Source: Chthoniobacteraceae bacterium (GTDB lineage Bacteria; Verrucomicrobiota; Verrucomicrobiia; Chthoniobacterales; Chthoniobacteraceae). Taken from it: a stretch of DNA of 31,789 nt. Below, piece by piece: positions 21,328 to 28,834 of the stretch (position 1 is its first letter; every line of letters begins with the position of its first letter). The stretch covers positions 1 through 31,789 of the forward strand of contig JANNWY010000152.1 in the NCBI GenBank assembly GCA_031409335.1, written 5' to 3'. The position numbers and the translations under genes were made by a program. Under the pieces are notes generated by a model. The model worked only from the letters and a program-made list of their open reading frames with translations, had not been told where the DNA came from and did not search any database.

Positions 21328-23869
21328 CGCCGTTCATGATCTGCCAGTGACCGGGAAAGGTGCATAGATACGGATACTCGCCCGGCGCGACGGGCGCGGT
21401 GAAATGGATCGTGGATGATTTCGCCGGCTCGATGATGTCGGTGAAAAACAGCACGTCATCGCCGGGCGGGATGTATCGTTTCGCGCCGCCATCGGGCTGC
21501 GCGGCCATGCGATTCGCGCCGTCGCCGACCTTCGCGAGCGTGCCCGGTTTCGCGATTGCGAGGTTGTGCGGCATCGTGTCGGGATTTGCGAGCGTGAGGG
21601 AAATGCGCTCGCCCGCTTTTACGACGAATCGTTTCGTGGCGAAGGTCAGACCACTCGCCGTTTCGATGCGAATCGCGCGGCCCGCGTCACCTTTCGCCCA
21701 CGGATTCGGCTCCGTCGGAGCGGCAACGGACGGCTGCGCGGCAGGAGCATTTTTCACCACGCGCTGGTAGCCCGCGAAATCCGTGAACGCGGCACCGAGC
21801 CGGTGCGGCGTCGCGAAAAGGTCCACCGCATCGGCTCCTATTTTGATGTGCAGATGGAGCTGCCCGCATGGCTGGAGTTGCGGGATTTCGAGGAAAAGCG
21901 TGCGCCCGTCCGCGAGCAAATGCGCGCTCGTGATTTCCAGCGGGTCGTGTCCCGGCGTGCCCGGCCAGCGTGTGGAAAACTCCGGCGAACCGTAGCTTTG
22001 CGCGTAGCGATAATTCCACGCTTGGGCAAAATGCCACTTCGCATTTCCCACCACCGCGCGATCGAGCGGCTGCGGAAAACGCACGAGCACGCCGTTGTCG
22101 CGCGCGTGATATTCCGCGGGCAATTGCACCGGCGCACCCGTCCAGCGCAGGCGCTGAAAGCAGCCGTCATCCGGCGTGTAACTCCCCCAGCCCTGACAAC
22201 CGCTCACATAAAATTGTCCGTCGCCTGGATGGAACCGCCCGCGATGCGCGCCGCTGCGAAACTCGCCCGGCACTTGCACCGCCGCCGCCTGCCACACGCC
22301 CTCCACCACTTCCGGCAGCAGCAGCAGCGTCGAGCCCGTGCCCCAAGAAGTGCTCAACAGCGACCCGCGCGGCAGTCCCCATTTGTCGCTCTCCACAAAA
22401 CATTGCCCGCCCGCCGAGTTATCTACCCCGCGCGGCAGATAGAGGAGCGGCGGCGTGGTCGTGCGATCTTTTTTCGGGCCGCCGTATCCAAAAAAGAGCG
22501 CGCTCGCACCGGGCGGCACGAGGCAGATTTGCGAGGCTGGCGTCCACTCGCCTTCCTGGCAGGAAGTCGTCAGCGTCCCATCCGCGCCGAGTCCGACGCC
22601 ATTCGGATTGCGAAAGCCCGACGCGACCACGTTCACCTTTTTCCCATCGGGTGAAATGCGGAAGAGCCCTTGATTCGCCGACACCGAATACCAATGCCCC
22701 GCGCCATCGCGCTGGAGGCCCGCGATGTAATCGTGTCCGCCTGGCGAAGTCGTGAAGACATTCGAAAAACACTCGTAAAAATCCGCCTCGCCGTCGCCGT
22801 TCAAATCATGAAGCCGCGTGATCTGATCGCGCCCGAGCACATGGATCGCGCCATCGACCACGCGCAATCCAAGCGCCTGACTCAATCCCGTCGCGAAGCG
22901 CCGCCAGCGGAGTCGCTCCAGTTTTTCGTCCAGTCCGCTGACGACCCAAACTTCACCCATGATCGTGCAAATCACCCCGTCACCATTCGGGAGAAAATCG
23001 TGATCGCCGATGAAGAAAAGCGACTTCCACGGATTCGCGAACGGCAACGTGATCGTATCCACCGCGAACGGCTGCGTGGTCCCGCGCGAGCCGCTGGTTT
23101 TCACGATTTGCGGCCACTGCGCCGATCCGCCTTTCGTCAAAGCTGCGAGCGGATGCGTCGCCGCTGGCGCAACGACGCGCACAAACTTGCCACCCTCAAA
23201 CCAAGGTGAATCCAACATCTCCACGCCATCGCGCCGATAGCTGAAAATCACGCGACGCCCGTGTCGATAGAAGCCGTGATACTCAAAATCACCCGCCACC
23301 ACCGCGCCCGGATCAGCCGTCTCGATTTCCCCCGCCACCGCCACGCCCTGCCCGATGCCATGACGAAATGCATCGTATTTCACGAAGCCATTTTTCCAAA
23401 CGATCGGGATCGTCAAAGTCTGCGGATCAAAGCAGCAAGCCATTTCCCCGGCATCGCCCAGCCGCACGCAAATCCCTTTTGCCACCGTCTTCCCGCCGCC
23501 ACGCACGACTCCGCTCGCCACGGTTCCGAGGTCCATTTCGTTCCAGCGCCCATCGCGCCACACCGCTTCATTTTGATTTCCCCAGTGCCCGTGTTTCCCG
23601 CTGTCGAGCCCAGGATATTCCGCGAGCAGCGCCGGCATCTGCGGCTGCGCCAGGGCACACTCCGCCTGCTTCGCGTAAAAATCGAAGATGCGCTCGCGAT
23701 TCACCGGCGCATCCCACGCAGGCCAGAATTCCGGCTGCAACGGCTTGCGTTTGACGGGAAACTCGGCCGCCACCGGCGCATGATGCGCGGCGTGCGGATC
23801 GGGAACGATCTGCGCGATTGCCGCGAGCGGAAGGAGCGCGGTAACGATGATAGAGCGGCGAATACTCAT
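21311..23869 (-). CDS. Secreted DUF6797-like / beta-propeller protein with C-terminal azurin/plastocyanin-type copper domain
   Basis: Signal peptide, GHWGNQ, KGICVRLG...FD, propeller motifs (LHDLNGDGEADFYE, ASGFRNPNG, QEGEWTP), type-1 copper ligands MPHNL...YLCTFPGHWQIMNG. Confidence 0.88.
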   Translation of the reverse strand: MSIRRSIIVTALLPLAAIAQIVPDPHAAHHAPVAAEFPVKRKPLQPEFWPAWDAPVNRERIFDFYAKQAECALAQPQMPALLAEYPGLDSGKHGHWGNQNEAVWRDGRWNEMDLGTVASGVVRGGGKTVAKGICVRLGDAGEMACCFDPQTLTIPIVWKNGFVKYDAFRHGIGQGVAVAGEIETADPGAVVAGDFEYHGFYRHGRRVIFSYRRDGVEMLDSPWFEGGKFVRVVAPAATHPLAALTKGGSAQWPQIVKTSGSRGTTQPFAVDTITLPFANPWKSLFFIGDHDFLPNGDGVICTIMGEVWVVSGLDEKLERLRWRRFATGLSQALGLRVVDGAIHVLGRDQITRLHDLNGDGEADFYECFSNVFTTSPGGHDYIAGLQRDGAGHWYSVSANQGLFRISPDGKKVNVVASGFRNPNGVGLGADGTLTTSCQEGEWTPASQICLVPPGASALFFGYGGPKKDRTTTPPLLYLPRGVDNSAGGQCFVESDKWGLPRGSLLSTSWGTGSTLLLLPEVVEGVWQAAAVQVPGEFRSGAHRGRFHPGDGQFYVSGCQGWGSYTPDDGCFQRLRWTGAPVQLPAEYHARDNGVLVRFPQPLDRAVVGNAKWHFAQAWNYRYAQSYGSPEFSTRWPGTPGHDPLEITSAHLLADGRTLFLEIPQLQPCGQLHLHIKIGADAVDLFATPHRLGAAFTDFAGYQRVVKNAPAAQPSVAAPTEPNPWAKGDAGRAIRIETASGLTFATKRFVVKAGERISLTLANPDTMPHNLAIAKPGTLAKVGDGANRMAAQPDGGAKRYIPPGDDVLFFTDIIEPAKSSTIHFTAPVAPGEYPYLCTFPGHWQIMNGVMAVE

Positions 23870-23927
23870 GGCGGGAATGGAATTGAAACCGTCAGGCGTT
23901 CACTCGCGCGAGTCCCGTTTTTGTTTC

Positions 23928-26900
23928 TCAAGGTTTCGACACCGCGCGGTAAAAGCGACGCGTGTCTGTAGTCGGATGGACGACCGTCGCAGCCCCATCA
24001 ACGGCGTTCGCAGTGATGACGCTCACGTCGCTCCAGTCGGTGAGATTTTGCGAGGTCTGGATCGTGTAAGGCGCACCGGGCGTGCCGCGGATTGTCAGCG
24101 TCACTTGCGCGGTTTGGCGCGTGATGGCTTCGATCCTGGCCAGCGCGGGGATGAAGATCGCGGTGACGCTCGCGTTCGCGCTGAGCGTCAGTGAAGCGTT
24201 CGCATTCGGGGAAGAGACGCCCGTCCAACCCGCGAAAATGTAGCCGGGATTCGGCACGGCTTCGAGTGCGAGCGGGACGCCCCGAAAATAGGTTCCCGTC
24301 CACGGATACGGCGCACTCGAGTTTGCGCCGGGTAGTGCGGCGTTCACGAGCAGACGGTTCACGCGAATGCTGCCGCGTGCGGCCCCGTTCACATTCAGCG
24401 TGAGCAGCGAACTGCCGCCGAGCGCGAACTGGCTGACAAAATGCGCGCGCATCTGCACCGCCCGCTGCGCGGCAAAATCGCGCACGGTCTGCACGCGCGT
24501 TTGCCACGCGCTGAGGCTACCGCCGCCGCTCTGCCAGCGCGCGATGTGCTCGGGCATCGCGGGCTGGAGCTCGGCTTGCATCGCGTCGAGCAGCGCGACG
24601 GCGCGCGCGGGCTGGAAGAGGCTGTTCAGCAAATCCGCGGCGGTGTTGATGCAGTCGTTTTTGAACGCGGGATTTGTCATCAGCCGGCGGAAGACGGCGT
24701 TGCCCCACGCGGAGTTCGTGCCGGGGCGGCCCGTGGGCGCGAGCGCGACGGCGAGCGTGTTTTCCGTCACGCCAGTCGTCCACGGGTGGCCGCTGCCGAG
24801 ATCCGTATCGAAAAGGAACCAGTGCCAGCGGCCATCGAGGCCGATCGGTTGTGCAAGGTCGTTTGTGGCAAGGCGGCGACGCCAGATGCGGATGTTATTC
24901 TGCGGCCAGTCGGCGTTCGCGAGATAGATTTCGGTGAGGAAATAATAGAGGCAGTCCTCCACATCCACGCGCGCGGCCACGTAGTCGAAATTTGCCGGCA
25001 CGCCGAGATCGTGCGTCTCGCAATAACTCAGCAAATCAATCCACGGCTGCTCGTCGCCCGGCAGCCCGTCTTCCAGCGTGCCGGGGCCGTAGAGGATCAC
25101 GGCGTCGTCGTTGTTCATGCCGTAGTGCGATTGAAGATAGCGCGGGTCCTGTTGCTCGCGCAGCTCCAGCACGCCCCAGTATTCGCCATCGAGAAAAATG
25201 CTCACGGGCCGCGACGACATCCCGTTCAGCCCGATCCCCGCGCCGAGCCGGTATGCCCACGAATCGCGCAGCATCGAGTAGTCCCAATCGTTCCCCATAT
25301 TCCGCAGCCGGGCGTGGCGGAATTGCGTGAGTGGCGCACCGTTGCCGAGCTTCACGAGACCGGGGAAAAACGGCCAGGTGAACGTGTCCACCGGAGCTTC
25401 CGTGCCGCGCGCTTTCAGCCCGAAACTTTTCTGCCGGAACGAGCGCGACGACTGTCCCTGAATGTCGATCTCCACCGGCTCGTTGAACCCGAACGCGCCC
25501 CCCGGCTCGAACCATTCCAGCGAAGCCGCGCGCTCCCACGCCGCGCCGCGCTGCGTGTAATTCGCGGGCGTGTGCCCGGTGAGCGGCTCGCCGGGATGTG
25601 CCGCCACATACGCATCGAAAACCGCGCCGAGCATGTAGATGCCCGAGTTGTAATCGAAGAGCCCCGGCTGCGGCGTGACGATGCTGAGCGTCGCCAGCCC
25701 GTCCGCGCGCGCGGCGTCCGAGCCGATGAAATACGTGCGCGTAACCACCGGGCCGGGGATCGCGCCGGGCCGCGTGGCGCGCGCGCGGACGACGGTGCAT
25801 TTGCGCACTTCACCGACGGGCGGCTTCCAGCCGTCGGTGTGCTGATTCGCGGTCGAGGTGCCCTGGATCAGCGAGAGCACATTCGGCTGTCCGGCGCGGC
25901 TCGTGAGCGCGAGCGGCGCGGTGTAGGCGGGCGAGGCTTCCGCGGGATCGGCGCTGTCGAGCGTGTAGCGCAGCGTCACGCCGGGCTCGGCGGTCGAGAG
26001 CGCGAGCGATTGCGCGGCGGTGTAAAATCCGGGCGCGAGCGAGAAAAAAGGCGGATCGAAAACGACGCTGTCGTACGCCGTCTGCGAGTTGTTCGAGCGG
26101 CCCGGCGTGGGCGTCGCGAAATATTTCCAAGTCGCGCCGATGCCGCTCGGCGTGCGACCCAGACTCACATCCTCGCGCAACCGCGCGGCGGGCGCGGAAG
26201 TCGCATACGACGAATCGGGAGCGATGAGCGCCACCGCTTCGCCCGTCGATTTCAGCTCGAAATTCGTGTGCAATTTTCCACCCGGAACGCGCCGGTCTTT
26301 GCCCGAGGCGAAGACGACCAGATACGTGTGCGGCGGCATCGTCACGGCGGGGAAGATCCACTTGAACGGCTGCCCCGCATTGTCGCTCAAGCCCCAGCCC
26401 GCCAGCGCCACGGACACATCGCGACCGTTGAAAATCTCGATCCAATCCGGCTCATCGCCGTCCTCGTCGGACAGCGTTTCCCTGTTCGAGCTGACGACTT
26501 CATTGATGACCATCTCGCCATTCAGCGGCGTCAGCGGCCCGGTGATCGCGTCGATCTGGAAAACGCGCGGCCCGCTCCCGGCGGTGCGCGTGAACTCGAT
26601 GCGAAAGTCCTCCCCGACGATCGCGCGTTCCGAAAAAATCCGCGTCACCGCACCGTCGAAACCGTGGTTATCGAAGAGATCCACCTCGATCCCGCCAACG
26701 AGAAACCGCACGAGTTCCGTATCGCGATTCGACGACGCGCCGTCGCCGCTCAGCCCGATGCGAAAGCCCGCGAGCGAGATCGGCTGCGTGGTGTGCCACG
26801 CGATGAAATCCACGGTCTCCCCCGCGTCGCCCATCACGGGATTTCCATTATCCGGCACGCCGCGGTCGCCAAAAATAAAATCCTCCGGCTCGACCGCACC

Positions 26901-27659
26901 ATTCCGGTTTCCAAAAGAATCCTCGACCGTATCCGTGCCGAGCACGCGGCTGCTCACCGTGAAATTCGTCGCGAGCCCTGGCCCCTCATCATCGCTCGCC
27001 GCAGCCCCGCGACCGGTCAGCGTGTTGGTCGCCGCATTGAAAGCGAGGCGGTCGAGAAACGTGCCCGTCGTCGCGCCCGCGGTGCCGCCCGCATCCAGCT
27101 CGATCACGCGCGGCCCCGACGTGGTGAGCCGCGTGAGTTCGAGACGAAACGCGCGCACATTCGCCGTCGTGCCCGTGAGCGCGCTGTCGCTGATGAGCAG
27201 CGGGACGTGTGTATTCGCGCCGCCGGTGAGCGGAATATTCCCGCCGGAAACCTGCGAAAAACCCACCCCGTCCGCGCTCGCGAAAAGTTTGAATGATCCC
27301 GCGCCGCGCGCGGGATTGCCCGCGCGATCCTGGAAAAGCCGCAGCGCGATGCTCGTGAGATTCACCGGCCCCGCCGTCTGCCATTCCAGAAAATCCACCG
27401 TCCCCACCGCGCTCCCATCTTGAAAAGTCGCGTGCCCCGGCTCCGTCCAGCCTCCCCCGCTCACGAAACCGATGATCTGCCGCGGATCGGAATTCCCGCA
27501 GCACGGATGCTGCGGCGAAGACGAAATGACCTGCGCGCCCTGCGCCACATCGAACAAATCCGTCGTCACCCCCTCGCCGCTCCCGGTCGTGAAAACCGGC
27601 GCGGCATTTGCCACGGAAATCGCGGCCAGCGAAACCGCGAGCAGGCGAGCCGCCTTCAT
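23928..27659 (-). CDS. Secreted CotH-family kinase with N-terminal repeated module, lamin-tail domain, Fn3-associated domain and C-terminal beta domains
   Basis: Signal peptide ANA-A; LTD (VINEVVSSN...DEDGDEPDWIEIFN...LHTNFEL); LRYTLDSADP; CotH motifs IQGQSSRSFRQKSF, RLRNMGND, FLDGEYWGV, NADWPQNN, FDTDLG; AVPNPGYIFAGW repeat. Confidence 0.92.
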   Translation of the reverse strand: MKAARLLAVSLAAISVANAAPVFTTGSGEGVTTDLFDVAQGAQVISSSPQHPCCGNSDPRQIIGFVSGGGWTEPGHATFQDGSAVGTVDFLEWQTAGPVNLTSIALRLFQDRAGNPARGAGSFKLFASADGVGFSQVSGGNIPLTGGANTHVPLLISDSALTGTTANVRAFRLELTRLTTSGPRVIELDAGGTAGATTGTFLDRLAFNAATNTLTGRGAAASDDEGPGLATNFTVSSRVLGTDTVEDSFGNRNGAVEPEDFIFGDRGVPDNGNPVMGDAGETVDFIAWHTTQPISLAGFRIGLSGDGASSNRDTELVRFLVGGIEVDLFDNHGFDGAVTRIFSERAIVGEDFRIEFTRTAGSGPRVFQIDAITGPLTPLNGEMVINEVVSSNRETLSDEDGDEPDWIEIFNGRDVSVALAGWGLSDNAGQPFKWIFPAVTMPPHTYLVVFASGKDRRVPGGKLHTNFELKSTGEAVALIAPDSSYATSAPAARLREDVSLGRTPSGIGATWKYFATPTPGRSNNSQTAYDSVVFDPPFFSLAPGFYTAAQSLALSTAEPGVTLRYTLDSADPAEASPAYTAPLALTSRAGQPNVLSLIQGTSTANQHTDGWKPPVGEVRKCTVVRARATRPGAIPGPVVTRTYFIGSDAARADGLATLSIVTPQPGLFDYNSGIYMLGAVFDAYVAAHPGEPLTGHTPANYTQRGAAWERAASLEWFEPGGAFGFNEPVEIDIQGQSSRSFRQKSFGLKARGTEAPVDTFTWPFFPGLVKLGNGAPLTQFRHARLRNMGNDWDYSMLRDSWAYRLGAGIGLNGMSSRPVSIFLDGEYWGVLELREQQDPRYLQSHYGMNNDDAVILYGPGTLEDGLPGDEQPWIDLLSYCETHDLGVPANFDYVAARVDVEDCLYYFLTEIYLANADWPQNNIRIWRRRLATNDLAQPIGLDGRWHWFLFDTDLGSGHPWTTGVTENTLAVALAPTGRPGTNSAWGNAVFRRLMTNPAFKNDCINTAADLLNSLFQPARAVALLDAMQAELQPAMPEHIARWQSGGGSLSAWQTRVQTVRDFAAQRAVQMRAHFVSQFALGGSSLLTLNVNGAARGSIRVNRLLVNAALPGANSSAPYPWTGTYFRGVPLALEAVPNPGYIFAGWTGVSSPNANASLTLSANASVTAIFIPALARIEAITRQTAQVTLTIRGTPGAPYTIQTSQNLTDWSDVSVITANAVDGAATVVHPTTDTRRFYRAVSKP

Positions 27660-28834
27660 TTCCCCCGCCGCCGCGCCAGCACCACGCAGCCGAGGAGGAG
27701 CAGTGCCAGGCAGCCGGGCTCGGGCACTGCGGTCGTGATCGCGTCGATCTCGAAAATGCGTGCGCCCTGTCCGGTCGTCCGCGTGAATTCGATGCGGAAA
27801 TCATCGCCCGTCACCGCGCCGCCCCCGAAGAGATGCGTCACGCTTCCATCGAAGCCATCGTTGTCGAAAAGCGCGACCTCCAGCCCCCCGACGAGGAAGC
27901 GGATGAGCTGCGTATCGCGATCCGGGCTCGCGCCATCGCCCGAGAGCCCGATGCGAAAGCCGGCCAGCGTCAGCGGCGCACTCGTCTGCCACTGGATGAA
28001 ATCCACCGTCTCGCCGCCGTCGCCGAGCGTCAGGTTCCCGTTATCCGCGACGCCGCCGTCGCCGAAGATGAACGAATCCGGCTCGATCGTGCCGTGATTT
28101 CCCCCGAACGCATCGCGCACCGTATCCGCGCCACCGGCCACCGCGCTGCTAAACGTGTAGCCGGAGCCGAGGCCCGCGCCTTCATCGTCGTTCGCCGCGC
28201 CGCCGCGACCGGTGTGCGAATTCGTCGCGTCATTGAAAGCGAGGCGATCGAGGAACGTCGTGGCCGGCGCGACGACCGCGCCCGTGGCATCGAGCTCGGC
28301 GACGCGCGTCCCCGCGCCGGTCGTGCGCGTCATTTCCAAACGAAACGCGCGCACCGCCGAGGTCGTGCCGGTGAACGCGCTATCGGTGATGAGCAGCGGA
28401 TTATCGAAATAGCCGCCCGCCCCGGCGGGCATCGTGCCACCGGAGATTTGCGAAAAATTCACGCCGTCCTGACTCGCGAAAAGTTTGAAATCCAGCGCGC
28501 TGCGGTCGGGATTTCCATCGTCGAAAAGGTGCAGTGAAATCGCGCTCAGATCGACCGGCTGCGGCGTCTGCCATTCCAGAAAGTCGATCCCGCCCGCCGC
28601 GCCATCCTGCCAGAGCGCGTGCGTTGTTTCGGCAAATCCGCTGTTAAAACCAAACGCCGAACGCGGATCGGAATCGCCCGCGCCATTGTGCTGCGGTGAG
28701 GAAAAGATAACCTGCGCCCCTTGCGAAAGATCCCAAATATCCGTGCCCACGCCTTCGGCATTCGGGTCCGCCTGATACACCGGTGCCGCCGTGGCCGCCG
28801 ACAGCGTGGCCAGCGAAACGGCGAGCAGCCGCAT
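27656..28834 (-). CDS. Second PEP-CTERM unit (392 aa); possible independent start at ATG 28834
   Basis: MRLLAVSLATLSAATA-APVY is a signal peptide homologous to MKAARLLAVSLAAISVANA-APVF of the next gene. It is followed by one module copy and VPEPGCLALLLLGCVVLARRRGK. Confidence 0.6.
   Translation of the reverse strand: MRLLAVSLATLSAATAAPVYQADPNAEGVGTDIWDLSQGAQVIFSSPQHNGAGDSDPRSAFGFNSGFAETTHALWQDGAAGGIDFLEWQTPQPVDLSAISLHLFDDGNPDRSALDFKLFASQDGVNFSQISGGTMPAGAGGYFDNPLLITDSAFTGTTSAVRAFRLEMTRTTGAGTRVAELDATGAVVAPATTFLDRLAFNDATNSHTGRGGAANDDEGAGLGSGYTFSSAVAGGADTVRDAFGGNHGTIEPDSFIFGDGGVADNGNLTLGDGGETVDFIQWQTSAPLTLAGFRIGLSGDGASPDRDTQLIRFLVGGLEVALFDNDGFDGSVTHLFGGGAVTGDDFRIEFTRTTGQGARIFEIDAITTAVPEPGCLALLLLGCVVLARRRGK

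Noticed and set aside
23902..23913. Perfect 12-bp palindrome ACTCGCGCGAGT
   Set aside because: No loop or U-tract and a CG-rich core; no function supportable.
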